From: Candidatus Latescibacterota bacterium
GTDB taxonomy: Bacteria; Latescibacterota; UBA2968; UBA8231
Assembly: GCA_965197905.1 (NCBI GenBank)
Contig: CBDAOB010000005.1
Span: 1,184,001 to 1,248,000 of the forward strand
DNA: 64,000 nt
Direction of reading: 5' to 3'
This document shows, one piece after another, positions 18,596 to 28,961 of this stretch (positions within the stretch are counted from its first letter, which is position 1; every line of letters starts with the position of its first letter). Below the pieces are notes generated by a model, which made no database searches, had not been told where the DNA came from, and saw only the letters and a list, made by a program, of their open reading frames with translations. The translations under genes and the position numbers were made by a program.

Positions 18596-19375
18596 ATGAT
18601 CTACAACTCCCTATCTGAGTTTACGGTCCCATTCCTGACCCCCCTCGGTATCTGCTTCTTTATCTGGATAGCCGGTCTGGGGTTCCACTTCACGGGTTAC
18701 CGTTTTCGGGGCAAATGCTGCGCTGTCGGAGGCATTCTCCTGCTGCTGGCATTCAGCAGTCCCGCTCTTGGAGGGGCGCTGTTGGCGACACTTGAAGACG
18801 ACTACCCATTGATCGCGCCGGCAGCGTGCCAGGAAGCAGATGCCGTCGTCGTTCTCGGAGGTGTGACCGCTCCGCCGGTGCCGCCGCGTGAAGCCATCGA
18901 TGTGGGCGAGGGGTTCGACCGCCTGCTTCACGGGATGCGATTGCTGCGTTTAGGGAAGGCGCCGATTCTCGTGCTCAGTGGCGGAGGGTCGACCGAACAG
19001 GCGGGCATGAAGATCAGCGAGGCGTCTCGTCTCTACCAGTTGGCGCTGGAATACGGAGAGGAACCGAGGTCGCTCCTGTTGGAGGAGCGTTCCAACAATA
19101 CCCATGAAAACGCCCGTTTCACGAGCGAGCTGCTCAAAAGCAGGGGGCTGAGCACGATTCTCCTGGTGACCTCGGCGTGGCATATGCCTCGTGCCGCTGC
19201 CGCGTTCGAGAAGCAGGGGCTCAATACGATCGCCGCGCCAACCGACCTGCGCGCCATCGACGAACCGAGCCTCATACGGAACCTCATGCCGGGCATCAGT
19301 GGACTGGAGTATTCGACGATCGCCCTCAGGGAGTACTGCGGTCTGGCGATTTATTGGGTCCGGCGTTGGATCTAG
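18596..19375 (+). CDS. YdcF/DUF218 (ElyC-like) envelope protein
   Basis: VVLGG, SGG, EERSNNTHENA, LVTSAWHMPRA. Confidence 0.9.
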   Translation: MIYNSLSEFTVPFLTPLGICFFIWIAGLGFHFTGYRFRGKCCAVGGILLLLAFSSPALGGALLATLEDDYPLIAPAACQEADAVVVLGGVTAPPVPPREAIDVGEGFDRLLHGMRLLRLGKAPILVLSGGGSTEQAGMKISEASRLYQLALEYGEEPRSLLLEERSNNTHENARFTSELLKSRGLSTILLVTSAWHMPRAAAAFEKQGLNTIAAPTDLRAIDEPSLIRNLMPGISGLEYSTIALREYCGLAIYWVRRWI

Positions 19376-19380
19376 CGCGA

Positions 19381-19830
19381 CTAGAAAGAATCCTCTAGGT
19401 GAGGTTGGCCGCCCTGGGCGAATGACTGGGCGATTTCGTCGCAGCGCTCGTTGTCAGGATCTCCGGCGTGCCCGCGGGTGTACTCCCAAACCACGTTGGG
19501 ACTATTCATAAGATCCAGCTCTTTCCACAAGTCCTGATTCAGCACTGGTTTCTTCGAGGCAGTAAGCCACCCCCGGCGCTTCCAGTTATGTATCCACTCC
19601 GTGATGCCCTTGCGCACGTATTCACTGTCGGTTGTCATGGTTATGGCTTCAGCGTCGGGGACTGCCTTCAAACCCTCGAGAGCCGCCTGCAGTTCCATTC
19701 TGTTGTTGGTCGTGTCGGGCACGTGGCCACCCAACTCGCGCACTCGTCCGTCGGGTGCAATCAATCGCGCGGCCCATCCCCCCGGACCCGGATTGCCCGA
19801 ACATGCCCCGTCGCTGTAGACCCTCAACAA
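19381..19830 (-). CDS. rnhA: Ribonuclease HI
   Basis: YSDGACSGNPGPGGW, TTNNRMEL, TDSEYV, GHAG.PDNERCD. Confidence 0.97.
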   Translation of the reverse strand: MLRVYSDGACSGNPGPGGWAARLIAPDGRVRELGGHVPDTTNNRMELQAALEGLKAVPDAEAITMTTDSEYVRKGITEWIHNWKRRGWLTASKKPVLNQDLWKELDLMNSPNVVWEYTRGHAGDPDNERCDEIAQSFAQGGQPHLEDSF

Positions 19831-20079
19831 TTCCGATCTCGCCTCATGCTTCTAGGTCGCCGGCTGCGACCGATCAAAGGTAACAGCTCGCTGGTTTGAG
19901 CGTCAAACCGTGTTTGCCGGCTGAGCAAAACAGAGCGTGATCTTGAGATCGATATGGAGGGCTCGTATCTTGTCATAAGCCATAATGTTCAACCGGCGCG
20001 CGACCCCCTCGGCGATGCTCGATCGGTGCCATGAGGCGGAGGACATTTTGCAACCTAGACACTTTAGAAGCGAGGTTTG

Positions 20080-21489
20080 ATGGCCGCTGACATCTCGAAA
20101 TTCGACGTCGTCATAGTCGGAAGTGGGCCTGGTGGATACACCGCAGCGATTCGAGCGGGACAGTTGGGTTTGAAGGTTGCCCTTGTCGAGCAGGAAAAGA
20201 AGCTGGGCGGCGTCTGTTTGAATTGGGGCTGTATTCCCACAAAGGCTTTGCTGAAGCAGGCCGAGGTTTTCCAACTGGTGAAGCGGGCGGAGAAGTTCGG
20301 CATCGAAGTCGGCAAGGTGAGTGCCAACTGGGATAAGATCATCGCGCGCAGCCGGGACGTGGCGAACGGCTTGGCGAACGGTGTCGCCTTCTTGATGAAG
20401 AAGAACAAGGTACAGGTTTTGTTGGGAAAGGGGAGAATTGCTCCGTCGAAGAAGGTTGAGATTTGGAACGAAAAAGACGAGCTGACGGAGGTTGTGGAGG
20501 CAGCGAATATTATCATCGCCACCGGAAGCAAACCTAAATCCATACCGGGTGTAGAGATCGATGGTTCAACGGTGCTCAGCAGCAAAGAGAGTATGGTGTT
20601 GGAGTCCAAACCGAAGTCGCTATTGATTGTCGGCGCCGGCGCTATAGGGATCGAATTTGCCTACTTCTACAACACCTTCGGCACCGAGGTAACGGTGCTC
20701 GAGGCTCTGCCACAGGTGCTGCCGCGGGAGGATACCGAGGTCGCCGAGCTTCTGGCGCGCAGCCTCGAGCAGCAGGGGATCCGCATCGAGGTGGGCGCCA
20801 AGGTCGGGTCGATCAGGGTCGACAAAGGGGGTGCCGAGGTTGCCTTCGTTGGATCCGCGGGAGCTGAGAAAAAGAAGGTGGAAAAGGTTTTGATGGCAGT
20901 AGGTGTTGCAGGTTATACGGAGGGACTTGGTCTGGAGGCGCTCGGCGTGAGCATGAAGGGCGGCGACGTGCAGGTAAACGGTCGCATGCAAGCGAATATC
21001 GGCGGAATCTATGCCATCGGCGATGTGGTAGGTCCGCCACAGCTGGCGCACATGGCTTCCGCCGAGGGTGTTGCTGCCGCCGAGTTCATTGCCGGCAAGG
21101 AGAGACCAGAGATCGATAGATCCTTCATTCCCAGCTGCGTCTACTGCCAGCCGCAGGTTGCCAGCGTCGGACTTTCGGAAGAGCAGGCAACGGCAGCAGG
21201 GCACGAGGTAAAAGTCGGCCGCTTCCCGTTCGCGGCCAGCGGCAAGGCCCAGGCCACCGGCGAAGCGGAAGGATTGGTCAAACTGGTGTTTGGCGCCCAG
21301 TACGGCGAGGTGCTGGGTGCCTCCATCATCGGGTCGGAGGCGACGGAGCTGGTGGCCGAGATCGGCTTGGCGGGCCAGTTGGAGGCTACCTACGAGGAGA
21401 TATTAAGTACGGTCCACGCCCATCCCACCCTCTCGGAAGCGGTGATGGAAGCAGCCGGCGAGGCCTACGGAGAGGCGGTTAACATCTGA
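20080..21489 (+). CDS. lpdA: Dihydrolipoyl dehydrogenase
   Basis: GSGPGGYTAA, GGVCLNWGCIPTK, GAGAIGIE, HAHPTLSE. Confidence 0.96.
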   Translation: MAADISKFDVVIVGSGPGGYTAAIRAGQLGLKVALVEQEKKLGGVCLNWGCIPTKALLKQAEVFQLVKRAEKFGIEVGKVSANWDKIIARSRDVANGLANGVAFLMKKNKVQVLLGKGRIAPSKKVEIWNEKDELTEVVEAANIIIATGSKPKSIPGVEIDGSTVLSSKESMVLESKPKSLLIVGAGAIGIEFAYFYNTFGTEVTVLEALPQVLPREDTEVAELLARSLEQQGIRIEVGAKVGSIRVDKGGAEVAFVGSAGAEKKKVEKVLMAVGVAGYTEGLGLEALGVSMKGGDVQVNGRMQANIGGIYAIGDVVGPPQLAHMASAEGVAAAEFIAGKERPEIDRSFIPSCVYCQPQVASVGLSEEQATAAGHEVKVGRFPFAASGKAQATGEAEGLVKLVFGAQYGEVLGASIIGSEATELVAEIGLAGQLEATYEEILSTVHAHPTLSEAVMEAAGEAYGEAVNI

Positions 21490-22049
21490 TGGAGCACCAT
21501 GTTGATTACCGCGTCCAATTGTCGGCCGCCCTCGAGGCGTTGGATCTTACAACGGTATCCCGGATTCGCGGGCTTCTGGCTCAGGCGCGTGAGGACGGGC
21601 GGCAAGTGTTTCTGTGCGGCAACGGCGGCAGCGCCGCCACGGCTAGCCACATGGCCAACGATCTGGGCAAAGGTGCCAGCTGCGGTAAGGACAAGCGCTT
21701 CAAGGTGATCGCCTTGACCGACAACCTTTCCTGGATAACCGCACTGGCCAACGATATCAGCTACGAGTCGATCTTTTCCGAACAACTGAGGAACCAGGGT
21801 GGTCCCGATGACGTACTGATAGCCATAAGCGGCTCGGGCAACAGCCAGAACGTGCTGAACGCCGTCGCGGCTGCCCGCGAGCTCGGTATGAAGACTGTCG
21901 GTTTGATTGGCTTCGGCGGCGGCAAGCTGGCCGCCGCGGTCGACTTACCGCTCGTAGTCGAGAGCCACCATATGGGTCGCGTAGAGGATCTCCACATGGT
22001 CGTGCTGCATATGATTTGTTACCACTTCATGGAAGCGGCGGCATCGTAA
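21489..22049 (+). CDS. gmhA: SIS-domain phosphoheptose isomerase
   Basis: CGNGGSAATASH, TALAND..YE.IF..QL, ISGSGNS, EDLH. Confidence 0.8.
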   Translation: MEHHVDYRVQLSAALEALDLTTVSRIRGLLAQAREDGRQVFLCGNGGSAATASHMANDLGKGASCGKDKRFKVIALTDNLSWITALANDISYESIFSEQLRNQGGPDDVLIAISGSGNSQNVLNAVAAARELGMKTVGLIGFGGGKLAAAVDLPLVVESHHMGRVEDLHMVVLHMICYHFMEAAAS

Positions 22050-22206
22050 TCTCCCACTCGCTTCCGCACTGACGGGGCTTCCGACGACGAGTCCCTAGGA
22101 GGTGGGGTTCATCCCGACGATCACAAAACGCACATCCCCGATCCACTTGCCGAATTTGGCCAGGCGGTGGTACCTTTGAGAAAAGGCAAAAAAGGGAGTT
22201 TGTGCG

Positions 22207-23187
22207 ATGAAAATTCGACCTCTAGCTTTCGTTGCGGCAACGATGTTCCTTTCCAGTTGCGGCACCGAAGATACCCCGGCTCCCACCGAGAGCCAGAACT
22301 CCGGGCCGCAAAACGCGCAGAATCTCCAGGTGGCAAGGATTGGGGACGGAGAGATCTGGCTCCAATGGCAGGGACCGGATAGTGGGACTCAGTACGTCAT
22401 CTATCGGGCCGAAAACGACGGAGTCGTCGTGGCTCTCGATTCAACCTTCGACACCAGCTATCGAGATCTTGGTCTCAGCTACGAGGTGGAGTACAGCTAT
22501 TACGTCATAGCGATGTTGGATGAAGGTGAGGAGGGGATTCCCACCAATCTGGTCAGTGGCCAACCGTTCAACAACCTGTCGCCGCAGGCGCCGAACGCGC
22601 TCCGAGCGACGGCCCACAACATCTCGATCATAGGTCGGCTGGATATCGTTCTGGACTGGGGGTTGAGTGCCGAATCAGATCTTTCGTTCTACCGCTTGTA
22701 TCGATCGATCGAACCTGATTTTACGCCGGGTCCGGCCAATCTGCTCAGTGTCGTATCCGAACCCCGCTTCGTAGATGAGGACGTGAACGTGGGAACCGTC
22801 TACTACTACCGAGTTACCGCAGTGGATCGCGGAGGCAAGGAGAGCGCGAGTTCGCGACTGGTCAGCGATGTGGCCCTGGATGAACCCCGCCCCGTCAACC
22901 CGGTAGGAGGCACCCTTGCCCCGGTGGTGCCGGTCTTTCACTGGCGCCCGGTAGGGGACGCCTCTTTTTATCGTGTGATCGTCACCTCGTCTCCTACCAG
23001 CGGCGAGCTTTCCGACATGCCGTTGGCAAGCGATACCACCGCAGTGTTCGTCGGTCGCAGCCTCGCTTCCGGCGAAAAGCTGAAACTGGCACAAGGGTCC
23101 GTGTATTACTGGAAGGTAGTGGCCAGTACCAAGGATAGTGGTGTTGAAAACTCCGTCAGCGCCATCGAAAGCTTCAAGATTAGATAG
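22207..23187 (+). CDS. Fibronectin type III repeat lipoprotein
   Basis: Lipobox FLSSC; YVIYR, YSYYVIA, YYYRVTAVD..GKES, YYWKV. Confidence 0.85.
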   Translation: MKIRPLAFVAATMFLSSCGTEDTPAPTESQNSGPQNAQNLQVARIGDGEIWLQWQGPDSGTQYVIYRAENDGVVVALDSTFDTSYRDLGLSYEVEYSYYVIAMLDEGEEGIPTNLVSGQPFNNLSPQAPNALRATAHNISIIGRLDIVLDWGLSAESDLSFYRLYRSIEPDFTPGPANLLSVVSEPRFVDEDVNVGTVYYYRVTAVDRGGKESASSRLVSDVALDEPRPVNPVGGTLAPVVPVFHWRPVGDASFYRVIVTSSPTSGELSDMPLASDTTAVFVGRSLASGEKLKLAQGSVYYWKVVASTKDSGVENSVSAIESFKIR

Positions 23188-24499
23188 CTCCCAGATCGAT
23201 CCCGGTGCGCTGGAGATCGTGCGGACCTTGCGCGCGGGCGGTCATCAGGCGCTGCTCGCTGGCGGCTGCGTGCGCGACTGGCTCATGGGTCGCAAAGCAG
23301 TCGACTGGGATATCGCCACCGACGCCGACCCCGAAATCGTCAGGCAGTACTTCGATCGAACGATCGAGGTTGGCAAACAGTTCGGCGTCGTCTTGGTGGT
23401 GCTGGAGCAGGGCAGGTACGAAGTGGCGCGATTCCGTCGGGACGGACGTTACCTCGACGGCCGTCATCCGGAGGGGGTCGAATTTGGCGAGGTCCATGAA
23501 GATGCCTCCCGGCGCGACTTCACTATCAACGGTTTGCTCTACGATCCCATCGAGAAGAGGCTGTTGGATCACGTCGGCGGCCAGAAAGACATTGAGCGTC
23601 GGTTGGTGCGATCTATCGGAGATCCGTCGGACCGATTGAGCGAAGACCACCTGCGCATGCTGAGGGCGGTACGCTTTGCGGCGAGACTAGGGTTTGATAT
23701 CCACGCCGACACGTTCGTTGCAATTCGCGAGAAGGCTTCGGAGATCACTCGAATCAGCGGTGAACGCGTCCGGGATGAGTTGACCGCAATCCTCACGGGA
23801 GAAAATCCGGGCCGCGGCCTTCTGCTGCTACTTCAATGCGGATTACTGCAGGAGGTGCTTCCAGAAGTAGCGGCGATGGACGGAGTTGCGCAACCTCCCG
23901 AATACCATCCTGAAGGGGACGTATTCACCCATGTCAGACTGATGTTGGATCTCGCGGAAGAGCCGGACTCGGCTCTGGCCTGGGGAATCTTGTTGCACGA
24001 CGTCGGCAAGCCGGCAACCTTCGCTGTCTCCGATCGGATTCGCTTTAGCGGTCACGACGCAGTAGGGGCCCGAATGGCGGCAGATATCTGCACGCGGATG
24101 CGGATGTCGAGCGCCGAGAGTCACCGCATCGTGGACCTGGTCGCCCAACATATGCGTATTGGCACGGTCAAACAGATGAGAGAGAGCAAGCTCAAGCGCC
24201 TGTTGCGCGAACCGTTCTTTTCCACCCTTCTCGAACTGCACCGTCTGGACTGTCTGGCCAGTCACCGCAAACTCGATCTGTTCGAGTTTTGCCGTCAGCT
24301 ACTGCGTACGCTTCCGGAGGAGAAGCTGAAGCCAGAAGCACTGCTGACTGGCGATGGTTTGATCGCCATGGGATACGATCCGGGTCCTGTGTTCAAGGTG
24401 ATTCTGAACCGCGTGGAAGAAGAGCAGCTGGAGGGCCGAATATCGACCCCGGTAGAAGCCGAGCAGTTCGTGCGCAGTGAATTCCCCGCGGGGGGTTGA
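23138..24499 (+). CDS. cca: CCA tRNA nucleotidyltransferase with HD domain (start uncertain)
   Basis: GGCVRD, DWDIAT, RRDFTINGL, EDHLRMLRAVRF, YHPEGDVFTH, LLHDVGK. Confidence 0.88.
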   Translation: MVLKTPSAPSKASRLDSSQIDPGALEIVRTLRAGGHQALLAGGCVRDWLMGRKAVDWDIATDADPEIVRQYFDRTIEVGKQFGVVLVVLEQGRYEVARFRRDGRYLDGRHPEGVEFGEVHEDASRRDFTINGLLYDPIEKRLLDHVGGQKDIERRLVRSIGDPSDRLSEDHLRMLRAVRFAARLGFDIHADTFVAIREKASEITRISGERVRDELTAILTGENPGRGLLLLLQCGLLQEVLPEVAAMDGVAQPPEYHPEGDVFTHVRLMLDLAEEPDSALAWGILLHDVGKPATFAVSDRIRFSGHDAVGARMAADICTRMRMSSAESHRIVDLVAQHMRIGTVKQMRESKLKRLLREPFFSTLLELHRLDCLASHRKLDLFEFCRQLLRTLPEEKLKPEALLTGDGLIAMGYDPGPVFKVILNRVEEEQLEGRISTPVEAEQFVRSEFPAGG

Positions 24500-24508
24500 A
24501 GGAGGCCG

Positions 24509-25594
24509 TCAGCGGGGCGAGCGCCCTTCGAGCTCTCGCACATACGCGAGCAAAATCTCTGCGGTTATCAGGTGCCCGCGCACCGAAAGGTGTCCGGCGG
24601 GCGTCATGTTGTACAAAGGTTCGCCGGAGACCGTCAGGAACTGCGGTAGTAGATCCACATGAGGAATTGCGAGCTCCCTCAGGATCTCGGAAAGAACTCT
24701 GTTCGGTCGGTGGCGCTCCTCTTCGCTCGCAAACGTTTTGTAGACCTGATCTTTGTCCGGGATTAGCACCACCACGGCATCGAGCCGATGGGCGCGGAAG
24801 AATCGCCGGAAGCGATCGAAAGCGCGGCGGGTCGGTTCGAGCAACTCTTCGGTGTAGAAATCCGCAGCATACAGGCGCGGCGGACTCGAGTGCCCCAGGT
24901 TGTACTCCCATCGCAACAGGAGCGATCGTAGCCGCAATAATACCGCGGATAACAAGCGGCTGCTGTAGACGAGGTTTCGTAGCCACTCTCCACCGGCACT
25001 GGTTTCCAGGCGTATGCGTCCCGTCTCGTCAATTGCCAGGTACTCACGCTCAGGGAGATTGTCGGTGAAATCGTTGCCGACAAAGAAACACAGAAAAACC
25101 TGATCGATAGAGCCGGTCCGATGGTTCTCGACGAAGTCCCGCAATGAGGCGATTTCTTGGAACGTCGAGTAGCTGCCCACGCCCAGGTTCACGACCTCCC
25201 GATCCATGGTTTTTCCCAGGAGAAAAGGAAAGGTGTCCTTGGCGTTCTCCTCGTTTCCGAAGGTGTAGGAGTCGCCGCAAAAGACAAATCGATCCTTCCC
25301 GGCGTATTCGAGAAAGTCGTACTGCAGGGGAATCCTGCGACCCTTCGTGTCGGTGCGGATATATACCACCTTGCCATTCCAGAAGGTCGCTCGACGAAGA
25401 TCCGGTTTTAAACCTATGCCGCAGCACCCCTTGGTCGCGTAGATGTCCAGGGTCGCGGTTATCTGAATGTTCCCGGCAGGGATGAGCAGGCGTAGTACCA
25501 ACTCCCCAATCGTGAAGGCTGCGCCCAATCCAGCTATCAAGAGAATGGCGGGGACGCCGAACCGAAGCAGGGGGGATGTAGACGAGGATCTCAC
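24509..25594 (-). CDS. Membrane-anchored SGNH/GDSL-like hydrolase or acyltransferase
   Basis: GELVLRL anchor, GDSYTFG, NLGVGSYS, GNDF, GHLS..GH. Confidence 0.8.
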   Translation of the reverse strand: MRSSSTSPLLRFGVPAILLIAGLGAAFTIGELVLRLLIPAGNIQITATLDIYATKGCCGIGLKPDLRRATFWNGKVVYIRTDTKGRRIPLQYDFLEYAGKDRFVFCGDSYTFGNEENAKDTFPFLLGKTMDREVVNLGVGSYSTFQEIASLRDFVENHRTGSIDQVFLCFFVGNDFTDNLPEREYLAIDETGRIRLETSAGGEWLRNLVYSSRLLSAVLLRLRSLLLRWEYNLGHSSPPRLYAADFYTEELLEPTRRAFDRFRRFFRAHRLDAVVVLIPDKDQVYKTFASEEERHRPNRVLSEILRELAIPHVDLLPQFLTVSGEPLYNMTPAGHLSVRGHLITAEILLAYVRELEGRSPR

Positions 25595-25681
25595 CTGGAC
25601 CGTTGATCTTGGCTAGAGCGGGTAATAGATTCGAGTGGCCATCTGAAAAGATAAGCAGGTGGAAGGCGGAAACGTAATCTC

Positions 25682-27166
25682 ATGAGGGGAACGGCGGCAA
25701 GGCGATTGAGTCAGCGACCGAATATACTCTGGCTGTGCACGGACCAGCAGCGCTACGACACGATCGGTGCTTTGGGAAACCCGTATGTTTCGACTCCCAA
25801 CATCGACCGCCTCGTACAGGAAGGCATGGCTTTCGAACGTGCCTACTGCCAGAGCCCCATCTGTACCCCCAGCAGAGTCAGTTTTCTCACCGGCATGTAC
25901 GCCAGTGCGATTCACGTCAATGGCAATGGTGCAGAAGCGATGCCCGCCGGCCATCCTCCACTTGTGACTAAACTGCTGGCGAATGCAGGATACGATTGCG
26001 GGTTGATCGGCAAGTTGCATCTCAGCAGCGCCTGGGGACGTACGGAAGTGAGGACTGACGATGGGTACAGATACTGGGAGTATAGCCACGCTCCGCGGGA
26101 TGACTGGCCCATCGGCCACCGGTACGCCGATTGGGTGCGTTCGAAAGGCGAGATTCTAGGTGATCTTATCAAAGATCCCGAAGGGGTCCCAGCTGAGCTG
26201 CATCAGACGACCTGGTGTGCCGAGAAGACGATGGAATTCATTGGCCAGGAACGCTCGGGGCCATGGGCTGCCAGCGTGAACATGTATTATCCGCATCCGT
26301 ACTTCAATCCGCCGGAAACCTATCGCGATCAGTTCGAACCCTCCGACATGCCGGCGCCTCTGTTCCGCGAATCGGATCTGCTGCAACAAGAAAAGTTGGC
26401 GGGGGTCGATTTCCAGTCACTCGGCCGGCGCCCGGAGGAACTGGACATGGAGTCGCCAGTGCTTCCGAAACCGCCAGAACTCGACGTCTGGCCCGCCGAT
26501 TCAATCGCCGTCAGGCGGGATGCGCAGACCTTGAAAGCCGCCTATTACGCTATGATAAAGCTGGTGGACGACCAGGTCGGCCGGATTCTGAATTACCTTA
26601 TCGAGACCCGACAACGCGAGAACACCCTGGTTGTGTTTAACAGCGACCATGGCGAGATGTTGGGCGACCACGGATTGATCCAGAAGGGATGCCGATTTTA
26701 CGAAGGGCTGGTCAGAGTGCCGTTGATTTTTTCATGGCCCGGCCATGTCCAGGAGGGTGTGTGCTCCAATGCTCTGGTGGAACTGACTGACAAGGCTCCC
26801 ACCTTCCTCGATTTGGCCGGAGCGGGGATTCCCGAACGGATGCACGGCAGATCCCTGGTGCCTCTTCTGATAGGGGAGAACAGTTCCGATTACCACAGAG
26901 ACTTCGTGCGTTGCGAATATTACGATGCCCTCGAAGAGCCCGATCACAGCTTTGCCACAATGTTTCGCGACGAACGTCACAAACTCGTCCTTTATCATGG
27001 GCATGGTCTTGGAGAACTCTACGATCTGGAAGAGGACCCGAACGAATTCGAAAACATGTGGGACGAACCGGAAGCGCAGCCGTTGAAGCTGGAGCTGATG
27101 CAACGCAGCTTCGACGAGTCGGTGCTGCATATGGATAGAGGGCCACGTCGCCTGGGCATGATGTGA
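25682..27166 (+). CDS. Sulfatase (Cys-type, formylglycine-dependent)
   Basis: RPNIL..TDQQR, CTPSR, GKLHL, SDHGEMLGDHG. Confidence 0.93.
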   Translation: MRGTAARRLSQRPNILWLCTDQQRYDTIGALGNPYVSTPNIDRLVQEGMAFERAYCQSPICTPSRVSFLTGMYASAIHVNGNGAEAMPAGHPPLVTKLLANAGYDCGLIGKLHLSSAWGRTEVRTDDGYRYWEYSHAPRDDWPIGHRYADWVRSKGEILGDLIKDPEGVPAELHQTTWCAEKTMEFIGQERSGPWAASVNMYYPHPYFNPPETYRDQFEPSDMPAPLFRESDLLQQEKLAGVDFQSLGRRPEELDMESPVLPKPPELDVWPADSIAVRRDAQTLKAAYYAMIKLVDDQVGRILNYLIETRQRENTLVVFNSDHGEMLGDHGLIQKGCRFYEGLVRVPLIFSWPGHVQEGVCSNALVELTDKAPTFLDLAGAGIPERMHGRSLVPLLIGENSSDYHRDFVRCEYYDALEEPDHSFATMFRDERHKLVLYHGHGLGELYDLEEDPNEFENMWDEPEAQPLKLELMQRSFDESVLHMDRGPRRLGMM

Positions 27167-27211
27167 CATGCCCGAAGTCCAGCGCAGCAGCGTTCACCAG
27201 CCAGAGATGCC

Positions 27212-28048
27212 GTGACAGCCATTGCCACCCTCAGTGAAACCGCCGAACATCGAGTCTGGCGGTTCCAGGGCTCTAACAGACAAGAGCGAGACGATCTCGT
27301 GACTGTCGAAGAGCCTCTGGAAATTCGCCTCGACGGCGAGGCGCTGGCGGTGGTCATGCGAACCCCGAAGCACGACTTCGAGCTAGCCGCCGGATTCGTA
27401 TTCACGGAAGGGATCGTTCAACATGTATCCGACCTGGGCACCGTTTCGTACTGTCCCCAGGCACAGCCACCCAACCTCCAGAATGTGGTCGACGTCCGGT
27501 TGGCCAGCGGTGTCGAGGTCGACACTACGAAGGTAAAGCGAAATTTCTATGCCACGTCCAGCTGCGGCGTTTGCGGCAAAGCAAGTATCGACGCCATTCG
27601 CACCAACGCTCCGGCAATCGAGGCTGATTTCCAGATCCCGGCTGCTGCCTTGTACGGGCTTCAGGAACGCTTTCGAGAATCACAGAAGGTATTCGAGAAA
27701 ACGGGGTCCCTTCACGCTGCCGCGCTGTTCGACCCCAGCGGAGATCTCCTCATCGTCCGAGAGGACGTAGGCCGCCACAATGCAGTAGACAAGCTTGTCG
27801 GATTTTATGTTTTGCAGGGCAAGGATCTGCCTGAGGAGGTGATCTTAATGGTTAGCGGCCGCACTAGTTTCGAAATCGTTCAAAAGGCGCTTATGGCCGG
27901 AATCCCCGTGGTCGCGGGCGTGTCGGCTCCGTCAAGCCTGGCGATCCAGATGGCGGGTGAAGCCAATATGACATTGATAGGTTTCTTGAGAGGAAATGAA
28001 TTCAACCTGTACTCGGGCCCGCAACGCATCTCGACGAAAGGAACGTGA
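27212..28048 (+). CDS. fdhD: Formate dehydrogenase accessory sulfurtransferase
   Basis: EEPLEI, MRTP, SSCGVCGK, EDVGRHNAVDK, SGRTSFE. Confidence 0.96.
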   Translation: MTAIATLSETAEHRVWRFQGSNRQERDDLVTVEEPLEIRLDGEALAVVMRTPKHDFELAAGFVFTEGIVQHVSDLGTVSYCPQAQPPNLQNVVDVRLASGVEVDTTKVKRNFYATSSCGVCGKASIDAIRTNAPAIEADFQIPAAALYGLQERFRESQKVFEKTGSLHAAALFDPSGDLLIVREDVGRHNAVDKLVGFYVLQGKDLPEEVILMVSGRTSFEIVQKALMAGIPVVAGVSAPSSLAIQMAGEANMTLIGFLRGNEFNLYSGPQRISTKGT

Positions 28049-28917
28049 TGGCCAAGAAAAAATCCCCAGCCAGACCGAAGTTGCACCTCTGCGCCGCTGC
28101 GTGGACACTCACCGGTTATCCCTCTCCCAAGAAGGAGTGGTCAGTAGATACGAAGGTAAAACGCGCTGCCGAGGCCGGATTCGATGCGATCAGCGGCGCG
28201 GCCAACGAGGAGTGGGTGAAGGCGGCACGGAAATACGGGTTGGGATACGTGGGTGGTGTCGATGTCGGCCGCGAAGGCGAAGCGGAACGCAAGCTGGGAC
28301 TATTCCAGAAGCTCGGCGTAGTTCACGTAAACATTCAGCTCTGCGATCATGACACCGAAACCAAAGATGCCGTAAAGGTCGCTCGCAAGGTGATGCAGGT
28401 CGGCGATGCACTCGATCTCAAGCCGGCTATCGAGGTGCACCGCGATACCTGCACCGAAACCCCGGAAAAGGCGTTTGCCCTCGCCACCGCCTACGAGAAG
28501 CGATACAAGAGCAAACTCAATATGAACTTCGACCATTCCCATCCGGCGATTATCAAACAGGTGCGGCCCCCGGACTTCTGGAAGCGACTCTCTGGCCGGC
28601 TCGATATCCTTCGGAGAGGCGAGCTCATGCACCTGCGTCCGTTTACAGGCAGTCATTGCCAAACGCCCATCACCAACGGTCGCGGCCAGCTGGACGGCGA
28701 TTTTGTCACATGGCGGGACAATTTTTGCCGGCCGTTGCTTGAAGCGTGGCTGAAGGGAGCCGGATCGGGTAGGGACCTCTTCGCCGTAGTCGAGCTGGGT
28801 CCCAAGGGTTCCGGATACGGCCTTGAAATCTTTCCAGACATCTGGAAGGATGCCATTGTCGCGCGCGGCGAGATCGAACGGATCTGGCGCAACCTGCTGC
28901 GCAAGCGGAGGCGATAA
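28045..28917 (+). CDS. Xylose-isomerase-like TIM-barrel protein
   Basis: EAGFDAI, IEVHRDT..ETPE, FDHSH, ELGP..GY. Confidence 0.7.
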   Translation: MMAKKKSPARPKLHLCAAAWTLTGYPSPKKEWSVDTKVKRAAEAGFDAISGAANEEWVKAARKYGLGYVGGVDVGREGEAERKLGLFQKLGVVHVNIQLCDHDTETKDAVKVARKVMQVGDALDLKPAIEVHRDTCTETPEKAFALATAYEKRYKSKLNMNFDHSHPAIIKQVRPPDFWKRLSGRLDILRRGELMHLRPFTGSHCQTPITNGRGQLDGDFVTWRDNFCRPLLEAWLKGAGSGRDLFAVVELGPKGSGYGLEIFPDIWKDAIVARGEIERIWRNLLRKRRR

Positions 28918-28961
28918 CCGGAGTTCAAAAGCACGAATCATAGACCGCCACAGGTCCAATC

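Noticed and set aside
22050..22130. Structured RNA after gmhA
   Set aside because: Only short imperfect stems, with no U-tract or recognisable family motif
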